From Guillardia theta CCMP2712 (Eukaryota; Protista; Cryptophyta), in contig NW_005434395.1 in NCBI RefSeq assembly GCF_000315625.1, positions 1 to 33,915 of the forward strand: DNA of 33,915 bases, in the 5' to 3' direction. A model generated the notes under the pieces. The model saw nothing but the letters and a program-made list of their open reading frames with translations, did not search any database and was not told where the DNA came from. Below, one piece after another: positions 1 to 11,612 of the stretch. Within the stretch, counting starts at the first letter, position 1; each line of letters starts with the position of its first letter. The position numbers and the translations under genes were made by a program.

Positions 1-58
1 TTCTCCTGTGGACTGTGTGCCTGCCGGTTCAGCTTGTTCCTGCTTTGTTTTGCTAGAG

Positions 59-1630
59 AGTATAGGATTTACTGGCAGAACTGATATAGGATTTACTGGC
101 AGAAGATAAAAAGTGCCTCAAGCAGACAAAGGAGGAACGAGCTGAACCGGCAGGTACACAGTCCACAGCGAGAAGCTGCACAAACACACACAAAACACAA
201 GCCCGAAAAGAACCAGACGCGGCATCGCCAGCCCAAGCGAGAAGCCGCGCAGACAAGCAGCCTAAGGGTCAAGCAATCAAGCAGCCGCCGACAAGGAGCC
301 GGCGCTGCCCGGGGGTCCGCCTGGGGCAGCGGACGGAGGGAGGCTGGACACATGAACGGCAGAAGGTAAAAAGTTGTTGCTTGAGGCACTTTTTATCTTC
401 TGCCAGTAAATCCTACTTTTTACCTTCTGCCAGTAAATCCACTATACTCCTATATACTTTCAAGAGGCATCGAGCGCTGAGCAATGATGTCCGCGAGATA
501 CCAGATGAAGCGGAGGGTGTCAGGATGCAGGGTACCGTCCGTCGAGATGGCAAGAGGGATGAACGCTCGAGGAGGAGTAGTCATGGCATATGCAGCGCGA
601 TGTTTGCGAATCTTCTCAGACGCTGCAACATGGAGGGCGTCGAGGTTGACCTCCCCCCACTTGGTCAGGTCGGCAGAGCTACCAATGTAAGGGTGGACCA
701 ACGTCACGTCCGCCATCAAGCCCTCGTACTGCTCAGACCCTCGATCGCGGATTCCAGGGATGTGGATATCGCCCTTCATCTTGCGGCCATGAGGATGGGA
801 GGGTACCTGCCGTCGAGAACGAGGATCCCCCACTGTATCGATGACGCTCTGAAGACCAGCTTCGTTCAGCATCGACCGAAAGGTTGTCATGCGCCGTGGG
901 AAGCTTGGAGGATCGGCGTTTGCAGGTCTGGAGATGATGTGCAGCAGCGGAGAGATCGAGCTCGCGCTGACATCCATCACATTCCGTCGGACACTGGCAG
1001 ATCGGCATGCCATGGAGATAGCAGTCGAGCATCTGAGCATAGCGGTGCGGGAAGGCCTTGAGGGGGTAGTAGCTCGAGACTCGCATCGGAGAGTGGCTCA
1101 GGCCTCGCTCAGGAAATTGAGCGAAGATGCAAGACCCTCACCACTGGGGTGCTTGCTGCTGGTCCGAGCTCGCCTGCTTCCTCCCCGGCATCGGTCGGGT
1201 CACGCCGGTCCTTGGGCATTGCCGCGGCGTCGCCGCCGTCACGGGCGGCTACCACTGACTCGGCTACCGCTGACTCGGAGGCTAGCGAGGAGGACTACCT
1301 CGAGCGGTACCGTGTTCCTGTGTCCAGCCTCCCTCCGTCCGCTGCCCCTATTGTGGCGGCACTGCAGCGGACGTCTCGACCTCCTGCTTGCTCCTGCTGC
1401 TTGTTGCTTGATTGCTTCGGACCCTTAGGCTGCTTGTCTGCGCGGCTTCGCGCTTGAGCTGGCGCTGCCGCGTCCGAGGCTGGGTGCCAGCAGTGCTGGT
1501 TCTTTTCGGGCTTGTGTTTTGTGTGTGATTGTGCCGCTTCTCGCTGTGGACTGTGTGCCTGCCGGTTCAGCTTGTTCCTGCTTTGTTTTGCTTGAGGCAC
1601 TTTTTACCTTCTGCCAGTAAATCCTATACT
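59..1630. repeat. About 300-bp imperfect inverted repeat (59-352 vs 1320-1630), with further partial copies at 1-54 and 358-441
   Basis: 59-352 is the reverse complement of 1320-1630 with indels. 1-54 matches 1539-1592 directly. The motif TTCTGCCAGTAAATCC occurs five times (two reverse, three forward). Confidence 0.9.
450..1143 (-). pseudogene. CCHC zinc knuckle + restriction-like endonuclease of a non-LTR retrotransposon, frameshifted near 882
   Basis: ORF 733..1086 gives CDGCQRELDLSAAAHHLQTC...AHDNL (CCHC + RHD-like). ORF 450..1040 continues in another frame with GDIHIPG...LMADVTLVHP...AASEKIRKH...FIPLAISTDGTLHPDTLRFI, the typical RLE motif series. Confidence 0.8.
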
Positions 1631-2133
1631 ACTGCAGCCGGTGCAGGAGCCTTGACACGACGGTAGAGGATCGCTCCAGCATTATGAACGAAGTCGTGCG
1701 CCTCAACGAAGAAGGTCGCCAGAGGATGCTTCTGGGCACGGAGAGATCTCGAGCAGTGAACGTCCAGGCTATGAGGAGAGGGCAAGGTCCGGGACATGGG
1801 CTGGTCAGAGTACCAAGCGAGGAAGCGAGCGATAGCCGTATAGTAAACAGCGGGGTGTAGACCCTCAGAGGGCGTGAACTCGTCCCCTCCCCGACTATGC
1901 GGAAGCTCCCGCTTGAACCTCGCAAGCGCCAGGTGGACAGAGAGGTCAAAGCGACGAATCTGTGATTGGACCCGCGGGAGAAACGGAGATGACCCCTGGA
2001 GGAAGAAGCGCAGCTTCTGGAGATGGCTCGCCCTCACCAGCGTCTTGAACATGAAGCCATGCTGGACGAGCCCGAGCTTCGAGAGCTCTTCGTTGAGGGT
2101 AGAAACCTTCGCTCGGAGCTGACTAGCATGCAT
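1630..2133 (-). pseudogene. Reverse-transcriptase thumb/linker-like fragment of the same element
   Basis: LVRASHLQKLRFFLQ...FDLSVHLAL...LPHSRGG...AVYYTAI resembles the thumb region (LPxxxGGxG) upstream of the CCHC knuckle in RLE retrotransposons. No YxDD core is present. Confidence 0.5.
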
Positions 2134-2402
2134 TCACGGTCTACCGGCAGCCAACTAAACAAAAGTTACTTAAAAAATGATGGGGTCACCGTTGTCCGGG
2201 CCGGGTAAATTTAGGCCCTTAGGGTTTAGTTCACAGGTTTAGTTAGAGTTTAGTTGGAGTTTAGTTGGGGTTTAGATTCGTTTTCATTTCAGTCAATATA
2301 AAAGATGTTTTTGACATGTCGGCAGTTGGAAGGGAGGGAGGGAGGGAGGGAGGGAGGAGAGTCTGATGTTGCTCCTTTCAGCTCGAGTCAGCAGCGACTA
2401 GC

Positions 2403-2903
2403 ATGGAAGGCCTCGTGTATCCTTCTTTCGACAAGGTGAGCATGAAGGAGATCGCACCAACGATTCAATGAGTCTGCAGGTCTGGAGCAACAGGAGGACG
2501 CATTCGTCCAACAGGAGGCTACTCAATGTCGCCTACGCCGACAACTCTCGAACCTTGTCGATGCGAACGACCTACTCGTCTGGTAGCCGCTCATCCTGTC
2601 GGCATAGCTGACCGTATGCTAGCTCCCGTCATGCTGGGCGATCGCAGCTCGAGGCCGGCAGCTCGGAAAGTGCCCTTGGAGTTTCATGACGCCAAGATGC
2701 GAAAGCGATGGATGCCCAACCCCCCGCGACCCGCGACAGTAGAAGCAGGTCAGCAGCAGAGCTTGACGCTGACAACTTGACAGGCCATGGCGGCGATGCG
2801 ATCGGATGAGAGAGAAGAGCAGGAGGTGTTGGGAGTGCTCAATCACAGCCTGTTGCGGCAGCGCGGCTCGTCTGTAACCTCCATGTCCCGTACCAGTGAC
2901 TAG
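2403..2903 (+). CDS. Small spliced hypothetical protein (about 4 exons)
   Basis: ATG at 2403 (MEGLVYPSFDK). GT-AG introns at 2436-2479 and about 2583-2622 keep the frame open. The last junction is ambiguous. No recognisable domain. Confidence 0.4.
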
Positions 2904-3160
2904 AATAGCTGCAAGGCGGCAGCTGCTGACTTGTTGAAGCAGCAGGAGGAATACGAAGCAAGTCAGCCTTCCAGCCCTCTTCTCCTTCCGTTCGCTCTAA
3001 GAACATCTTTTCTGCTTCTTGGTCATCAGAGCATCATTCGCCGGCACGCAGCAAGCTAGTGGCTAAAGGACTGTTCCTCTCGCCTGCTCTGACTGCTACT
3101 CATGACCTGATGAAGTCAGTCATAAGACAGCCATGATGAGAACGGGAGTGATTGCGAGCT

Positions 3161-3255
<95 letters not shown>

Positions 3256-3291
3256 ATGATGGAGATGATGATGATGATGATGATGATGATG
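3161..3291. repeat. (TGA)n microsatellite
   Basis: Directly visible; it explains the poly-M/H/S/I ORFs. Confidence 0.97.
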
Positions 3292-3375
3292 CATGCATGC
3301 ATTGCCTTGTCCTCATTATTGCTCTTCATGCTCTCTCGTTTTTCATTCTCTAACAAGCTTCTTTCTAGTGTCGGC

Positions 3376-6300
3376 ATGAATCAAATTCTCGCCATGTCCC
3401 AAGACCCTTCACTTGTTGAGGTTACAGTGAAGGGCTCTTGAGATCGACATCTTGACATGACGGCAGAATGCTAAGAATCTAAGAAGACACGTGATCCAGG
3501 TCCTTGAACTTTCATCATCTTACATCCCCCCCGCTCTCCCTGTGACTGATTCTCGCTTTCTCTCTCCTTCTCCTCGCTTCCTCTTCCTCCCTTCTGACTT
3601 GTTCTTCTCAGGGAGTCCTCACCCTGGGATCATCAGGTGAGTACCAGCTGCCTCGTTTCCCTCCTCCATTTTCTCTTCTGCCCCTCCCTTCCCTTCCTTG
3701 ACGCTCTCGTTCTTCATCCTCTCCCTTCTCCTCTTGATCTTGCCCCGCATCACGTTTCCCATCCTCCTTGCCCCCCCCTCCTCTCCCGCGTCTGATGGTG
3801 ATGCCATAGCGCGGCTGATCGTGGAGTACGAGAGGTTAAGACAAGGAGAGATCTTGACGCCTGAGATGAGGAGGACCAACGAGGTGCGAGCAAACGATGC
3901 TTCTCATCTTCGCGCTTCTGTCCCTTCCTCCCTCTTCATCTTCATCTCCCTCTCGCTCTCCCCAACTCTTCTCCTTGCTGTCCCTCTGCCTGCCCCGCCG
4001 TCCCGGTCGCTCCTCTCTTACTTGACGGAACAGGTCTGCGAGCAGCTCGAGAGCATGTGCGACGAGCTGAGAAGGTCAAAGTTTGTGGGGGCCACAGGTG
4101 TTGACAAGCGAGCAGGCAAAACTTCTTGAACGTCACGATGCAGCGGCTAGAGGGCTACGTGCGTCGAGGATCTTTTGAGGTTGATAAGCTGAGAACTCTG
4201 AGAGTTTTGACATGCAGTCGAACAGGTCTACTTAAAATGGTTCTGGAGGAACGAACAGGTTCAGCTCCTGTCCAGCTGATTCATTCTGACAAGTCGATCT
4301 GTAGTATTGTGTAACGTTGACGTCCCTTCTCAACTCAAGGACTCTGCCAAACGTCGAGAGGTTCTTCCTGCTTGTCCTGCTTGTCCTGCTTGTCCTGCTT
4401 GTTCTGCTTGTTCTCCTCTCTTCATTCTCACTTGTCTGGCCCTCCAGCCTCCTGAGCCTGCTATCGTCCAACTGGCTCTGGGATGACTCCGTCGAGAGTC
4501 ACTCCAAGTCTCTCCACCATGCTGAGAGAGCGCGCGCGTGCGTGTGGGTGCTGGACGGCATGACAGGTGGGGGAGCAGTAGAGGGAGAGGGGTAGAAGGA
4601 GGGGAAGGGAAGGGGTTGGTGAGTGAAGTGTGGAGCAGGGCTTCCTGTGTCGACGTCCTTCATCAAGGTGGCGAAGGTCGGGTCAGAGGAGGGGGAGAAG
4701 AGGCAGCCGAGGATACAAGAGTGGTTCCCCGGGGGCTCCGACTCCCTTCCTGCTCATGTGCTCCTGCTCGAGAACAAGGAAGCTTCCATCAACTGCCTCC
4801 TTCCCTTCGGCGAACTTGAGATCCAGGTCCTGCTCCTCCTCTCCCTCCCTCCCTGCATCTTTCTCTCTCGTCCTCCTCAAGCCCTGAATCACCTTGGCTC
4901 TCTTCTCGCTCAGCTGGACCCTTCAGGTCCTGTCACCTGGTTACATCGCCTCCTCTCGGCGAGTTCGGGTGGGCAGGGAGATCATCTCCTCCCTCCCCTC
5001 CCACCAGGCTGACCGTCTCCTCAACTTCCCGCCCCTCTGCTTCCGCTTTGTCCTCGTTCCCATCATGGAGCAAAGCAAAATGTACGAGGAATAGCAACAG
5101 ACGTGACCTGACGATGCGCAGGAGGATAGTGTTGTCGACCTTCGTCGACCCCCTCGATGTCAGAACCTCTCGTTCCTGTCTTGTCTTGTCTTGTCTTGTC
5201 TTGTCTTGTCTTGTCTTGTCTTGTCTTGTCTTGTCTTGTCCTCTTCCTCTTCCGTTTCTCACGTCAGTCGCAGTCTCCCAGAGACTCGTCGCAGCCCTTC
5301 ATGGTGCTCAAGACGCCCAATGGTAACGGAGAGAGAAGAGGCGAGAGCTTGGGGGAGAGGACAAGGGGAAAGAAGGCCGAAAGGGAAGGTTGTGACGCGT
5401 TTCATTCAGCTGGGCATCTCTGCTATGGAGAGGAGCGCGTGGGTGTGCTGGGACGGGAGTCGCTGTCAGACAAGTACATGTTCGAGGCTGCCGCCGACTG
5501 GTGATGAGAAGAGCCGGCGAGATGAGAGCAGAAGGAGGGGAGGGGAGGGGAAAGGGAGGGGGAAGGGAGGGGAAGGGAGGGGAGGGAAAGGGAGGGGAGG
5601 GGAGGGGAGGGGAGGAGAGGAGAGGAGAGGAGAGGAGAGGAGAGGTCACTGACAGTGGGGCAGTGGGGCTTTCTCTTCCAACGTATTCAGCATCATAAGG
5701 CCGGATATGGGGCGGCATGTGCTGATGATAGGAGGAGGAGGAGGAGGAGGAGGAGGAGGGAGGAGCAGAGTGTCTGAAGAGGAAGGGAGGCGGAATGGAG
5801 ATCTCTCGTTGCCCCTCATGTCGATGAACTTTGACGTGCAGCTGTGGATGTTCGCCGGGTCTCGTCAGGTTTCTCCTCCTCCTCTTCTCGTGCATGCAAC
5901 GCCCTCACGCTCTCTCAGGTCCAGCATCTCGACCTCACCCTCCTCCTCCTCCCCCTCCCCACCAGCAGCTCACGAGTCACCCTGATGGACCTCAGCCCCG
6001 TCCTGGACATGGACAGCGATGGCATGCGGTATGCTGCTGCTGCTGCGGCTCCTCCTCCTCCTCCCCCTGCCCCCCCCCGCCCCTCCCTTCCTTCCTCTCT
6101 GTTTCTCCATCATTCTGCTCGTCCATCATGCTCAGCTTCTTTGGCTCATCCTCGCTTAGCTTTGTCAGTATCCGCTGCTGCGCGGGGAGTGAGGGGGAGA
6201 GAGCAGCAACAATGGAAAGACGAGCGAGGGAAGAGGAGGAAAAGAGGAAGAAGTCATCATCAGCTCCGGCGATCAGAAGACAAGAAGAACTGAACGGTGA

Positions 6301-6388
6301 CTCCTCTTCCTTCGCCTTCTGCTTCATCGCCTTCTCTTCCTCTTGCAGCGTGTCTTCCTCTGTTTCTTCTCCCACCACGCATCTCTAA
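3376..6388 (+). CDS. Multi-exon hypothetical protein (about 14-16 short exons; both ends uncertain)
   Basis: Coding-like blocks are bounded by GT..AG around pyrimidine- or SSR-rich introns: ARLIVEYERLRQGEILTPEMRRTNE / VCEQLESMCDELRRSKF / EQVYLKWFWRNEQ / LLSSNWLWDDS / IQEWFPGGSDSLPAHVLLLENK / RIVLSTFVDPLD / LMSMNFDVQLWMF. No family recognised. Confidence 0.5.
5177..5240. repeat. (TGTCT)n microsatellite, intronic
   Basis: Directly visible. Confidence 0.95.
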
Positions 6389-6856
6389 CTTGATGGAAGG
6401 TGGAGGAGACGAAGAGGAAGCGGAGATGAAGGTGAGAGGAGGAAGCGGAGATGAAGGTCCGCGAGGGAGGAGGAGGTTGAAGTGCCTCCAGCGTTCTTCC
6501 CCGCGTCTCCACGACATGCTGAGCTCCTCTCAGCCGAGGGCTCAGGAGGGGCTCGAGCTGGAGGACCAAGAAGCGGATGAGAACGAGGGGACGCAGGTGA
6601 GATTGAGAACATGGCGAGGACGAGCAGATGGTGGTTGAGAGAGGAGGAGATGAAGGGGAGGGAAGGAGGAAGATGAGGAGGTTGACGACGGGCAGCAGGA
6701 CATGGCTTCAGGTCGCATGAATCAGCTGCTGTTTGGCCCTTGACATGTTGTCATGCTGGAGGGGTAGGAAAGACCAAGGGTAGGGGTAGTATAGCGAAGA
6801 GGAGAGGGTAGGGGTAGTATAGGAAAGAGGAGAGGGTAGGGGTAGTATTCATTCAT

Positions 6857-6924
6857 TCAGGTCATGAGCCTTTTCACGATCTCCTTGAACTCAGAAAACC
6901 TGAACAATCGTCAGCCTCCTGCTG

Positions 6925-7017
<93 letters not shown>

Positions 7018-10000
7018 TACCTCCTCAACCCCTTCTGCTCCTGCTCCTGCTCCTGCTCCTCCTCCACTTCGTCGTCGTCCTTGTCGTCCTCTTCCTCCGT
7101 CTTCTGCTCCTCCACTACCACTATCACCACCATCACCTCCTCCTTGCCTGCTCATCTCTCATGACCCTTCAGTTCCATTCCTTCTCCCTCCGACATCTCA
7201 CGCTCTTCCCATCATCACCTCCCCCAGCTCTCTTCCTATCGCTTCCTGTCTCACGTTATCTGCGGGTCTTGTTCGTCCCCGCCATGTCGGCTCTCGATGA
7301 CCTGCGACAGCGTCAGCACCAGAAGGAGGAGAAGGAGGAGGAGGAGGAGGAGGAGTCTCGCTCACCTCCCAGAAAGCCTGGAGAGCCTCTTCCTCCTCCA
7401 CATGATGCGGGATCATCTTCTTGTACTTGAGCCTGACTCCTTAGTCAAGTTCCCTCTCCTCCTCCTCCTCCTCCTCCTGCTCTCACAGCTCTATGAAGGC
7501 TTCTTCTGTCAGCCCAGACTCTTGCGCGTCCTCTTCTGCTGGCTTGTAGCCCCTACGAGAAGCTCAGAGAGCGAGAAAAGAGACTCAGCAGGGGACGAGC
7601 CGAAACAGCGGCAGGAGAGAAGAAAGAAGTTGAGGTCAAGGAAGAGGAGGTGGAGGAGGCAAAGGAAGAGGAAGAGGAGGTGGAGGAGGAGGAGGAGGAG
7701 GAGGAGGAAGAGGAAGAGGAAGAGGAGGTCGACGACGACGAGGTCGACGAGGAGGAGACCTGGAAGGTGTCTCAGGCTCGTTCTTCTTCTTCCTCCTCCT
7801 CTCCTTCTGCCCAGTCCTGTGACATCACGGCATCACATGCGCCGATGAGGGACCGACAGACCTCAGCATCTCCTCCTCCTCCTCCTCCCGTATGGGGGTC
7901 GTCGACTCCTTTCGCCGCCTTCCTGATGACCTTCGAGTCATCGAAACCTCCTTCCTCTCGCTCCTCCCTCTCGCTCCTCCCGTCGTTCTTTCCGCACCTT
8001 CTCCTGTCGCTCTCCCGCTCGATCCTCCCACTCCTGCGTCTCCCAGCATCCTCTTCGGCCGGCTTCCAGCAGGAGCTGAGCTGGGGGTGGCGCGAGAGGG
8101 AGTGATCGCCTCCTCCACGAGCTTCTGCGTTGACAGCAGGCGGCGCGAGAGCTCTCCAATGGCTTCCGACAGCTCAGCGACCTGATCGCCCCCACCAGGA
8201 CGCCAGGAGGAGCGAGGGATGGAGGGGGTGAGGAGGGAGCGACGGCCAGTAGCTCTCTTCCAAGTCTTCACAAGCGACTCCAGCAGCCCTACCACCTCCC
8301 CCGGCTCCAGCCCCTTGTCCCTCCTCGACTTCCCCACCCCGTACGCCGCGTCGTCCAGCACTCGCGCCACCAGGTCCCACGACAGGGCCAGCGGCTCCCC
8401 AGCAGCGTTGAACAGCCAGTCCGACCCCTCGGAGTCCACCTGGGCGCCAGCAGGGCTGAAGCTGGGAGGAAGAGCTCGCTTCTGCTGGAGGATCCTCTGC
8501 TCGAGAGCCTCGACCTCCGCCTCTGCGAGCTCCGCGCGCTTCTGCCATGTCGCAATCTTGTCGGGCCAGTCCTGGTTGCGAAGGGCCGCGAGGACCTCGT
8601 GGGAGTAGGAGGGAGAAGCCTCGTAGTCTCTCAGTCTCAGCTCTAGCCCCGCCATCTCCCTCATCGCGCTCGCCTCCCACTCCTTGAAGGACGCCTCCGC
8701 TGCCTCCGTCCTCTCCTTCCACCTCGCGTGCTCCCTCCGATGCTGCTGCTCTAGCTCGCTCTGCTGCCGCAGCAGCTCTTGCACCTGCATCCTCAGCGCG
8801 TCCTCCCTCCCCCGCACGTCCTGCTCCCGAATCCCATCCTTCATGGCGAGGAGATGGAGCTGCTCCTCCAAATCGTGATTCCTCTCCACAAGCTCAGCCT
8901 GCAGGCAAGACCAGGGTAAGTAAGGAGGAGGAGGAGGAGGAGGAGGAGGAGGAGGAGGAGGAGGAGGAGGAGGAGGAGGAGGAGGGAGGGGAAGGTANNN
9001 NNNNNNNNNNNNNNNNNNNNNNNNNNNNNNNNNNNNNNNNNNNNNNNNNNNNNNNNNNNNNNNNNNNNNNNNNNNNNNNNNNNNNNNNNNNNNNNNNGCC
9101 AGGAAAAGCCCTGCCAAAAAATAGATCCGTGGCGCCGGCAGCGGCTCATAGACCGTCGTGGGTGTACTTCATGTTCAGGGACTAAACTTTATCAGATCCA
9201 GTTATGAAAAAGGAAAAAATTCCGTCTCGTTTATGATTTTTCCGAAGTTAGTAGTGTGCGACAAAGTAACTCAAGGCAGCAAAGGTCCCCCCCACGGTAG
9301 CCTTTAGGTCCAATCGGCTAGTAGGGGACACAGTCCTCCCCGGCCTCACCAGCCCTCCACAAGGGTCATTCCCACAAGCACGCACCTTCCTGCAGGGAAG
9401 TACCAGGCGGCCCAGGTCATGGGGGGTGGCGAGGAGGAGGAGGAGGAGGAGGGGAAGGTATCGCACCACATGAGCTTCGAGGGATCGCTTGCTTTCAAGT
9501 GTCTCCTTCATCGCGTCGAAGTCTCGCAGGCTTCCTTGCAGTCGGCTGATCTTGCCGTTCAGCTCCTCCTTCTGCGCCTCCAGTCTCGCGAGCTTCTCCT
9601 TCAGCTGCTCCTCCTCGGCTTCCCACCTCCTCCTCTCACTTCTCGCCTCCTCCTCTCGCCCCTTCAGCTTCGCGGTCTCTTCCAGCAGCTTGTCTCTCAC
9701 CTGCGCGATCTCCTCTCGCGCCCTCCTGCTGACCTCGTGCTGGGCTCTTTCCACCCTCAGCTCGTCTGCTAGATTCGCATTTTGCAGCCGTAGTTGCTGC
9801 GGGGGGAGAGTGAGGGAGAAAAGAGAGGAGAGGAGAGGAGAGGAGAGGCGAGACGCGACGCAGAGAGTAGAAGAGAGGAGACACGTGTTTTTCAGCTACC
9901 TGGGAGGTTCTCTCCTCCTCGACGACTCGCTGCTGTAGCCTTGAGAACTCGTTCTCTTGGATGTAGAGCTTCTCTTCCAGCTCAGCGATGATCCGTTCCA

Positions 10001-11509
10001 TCTCGCTTCTCTTCCACTCCTCCTCCTGCCCTCTCGTCGCCTCCTGGAGCTCCTTCATCTCCTCGTGGCTTCGCTTTGCCTCCTCCACCTCACGCCTCAT
10101 CTCCTCCAGGTTCTGCTCGGCTGCCACCAGCATCTCCGACTTGTCGCGCAGCCGCGTCAGCATCTCGTTCATCGAGCTCGTCAGCTCCTTGTTCAGCTTC
10201 CTCGCCTCCCCCAGCGCCGCGTAGAGCTGGTTGACCTCCGCCCTCAGCGCCTCCTCTTCGCTCCCTCCTGCTTGCGCGACCTTCCAGCCTGAGTCCGCAG
10301 AGCATCAAAGAAAAAACACCAGGAGTAGGAGGAGGAGTAGGAGGAGAAGTAGGAGGTAGAGGAGGTAGAGGATAGCACCTGGCGGAGTCTTACTGGAGCC
10401 AACCGAGAAGCTCCTGTCGAAACTAGTCGACTGTTGTTTGATCTCTCCCCTTTCAGCCCTCACTGCCGCAAGATCCTCCTCTTCCTCTCTCCTCCCTTTA
10501 TCCTCTTCCTCTCTCCTTCGTTTATCCTCCTCCTCTCTCCTTCGTTTATCCTCCTCCTCCCTCCTTCGTTTATCCTCCTCTCCCCTCCTTCGTTTATCCT
10601 CCTCCTCCCTCCTCCTCCTCCTTTGCTCTTCTTCCTCGTCCCTTCGCTTCTTTTCCTCCCTCATTCTGTCTTGTTCCAGTTCCTCTCTCCTCTCTTCGTC
10701 AGCCTTTCTCTCAGCTTCTCGCTTCTCCTCATGCCTCCTCCGCTCTTCCCAGCTCTCCTCTTTCGTCCTGTCCGCCCCGTGAGGAGGAGAGCTTGTCTCC
10801 TCTCGCTCCGTCAGCAACTTAGGGGAGGCGCGAGGCGAGAGGTTTGTGCTGGGGTAGACTGAAGTTGAGTTCCCTTCTTCTGAGGAGAGAGACCTCGACC
10901 GCATGCCTCTTCTCCATCCCTCTCCTCTCCTCCCGTGCTCCTGCTCCTCCTCCTCACTCTCCATTTGCAGGTCAGGAATCGTGACAAAGTCTCGCTCCTC
11001 CCTCCTCTCCCTCCTCCTCCATGATCGCTCCATCGACATCTCAGCGACGCTCGAGCTGTCGAAGTCAGAGGTCTCGCTGAACACGTCCGCACTGTAGAGG
11101 TCTGCCAGATAGTCACAAGCAGAGCATGACTGAAGATGCTGAGCAGGGAGGGGAGGGGAGGGGAGCAGAGGAGGAGGTCAGGAAGGAGAGTGAGGTAGCA
11201 GGAGACCGGGCACGTAATCGTCAGTTTCGTAGATGCCTGCCAACAAGTTAGAGAGGCTGGAGGAGCAGGAGGAGGGGCATGACTTGTCTTGCTCTCAGAG
11301 AAGGCGGAGCTTGCTACCTTTCGACTCGCCTGATACTCTTCAGACTCTCTCGTGACTTCGAGGCATCGGACCTGCGGAAAGTCAAGGAAGGGCAAGCGAG
11401 TGAGGGAGAGATGTAGATCAAGGATGACGATGACGATGACGATGACGATGATAACAATGATGATGATGATGATGATGAAGAAGAAGAAGAAGAAGATGAT
11501 GATGATGGA

Positions 11510-11557
<48 letters not shown>

Positions 11558-11572
11558 AATGATGATGATGGA

Positions 11573-11612
<40 letters not shown>

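Larger units (their letters stand above)
1..2133 (-). mobile_element. Degraded, rearranged non-LTR retrotransposon with restriction-like endonuclease (CRE/R2-group-like), 3' portion
   Basis: The minus strand carries, in the expected order: an RT thumb/linker-like segment (1630-2133), a CCHC knuckle plus AHD (about 885-990) and a PD-(D/E)xK-type endonuclease (460-880). Several copies of a putative 3' tail occur in both orientations. Confidence 0.75.

Noticed and set aside
60-450. Hammerhead ribozyme / Penelope-type pseudo-LTR
   Set aside because: I found no CUGANGA...GAAA core and no GIY-YIG motif by eye.
59-1630. DNA transposon with long terminal inverted repeats
   Set aside because: The enclosed coding remnant is a non-LTR CCHC/RLE rather than a transposase, related coding sequence continues outside the repeat, and extra partial copies exist.
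3100-3441. Poly-His/Met/Ser/Ile ORFs (also 10811-11982 and 18456-19410)
   Set aside because: These are translations of microsatellites.
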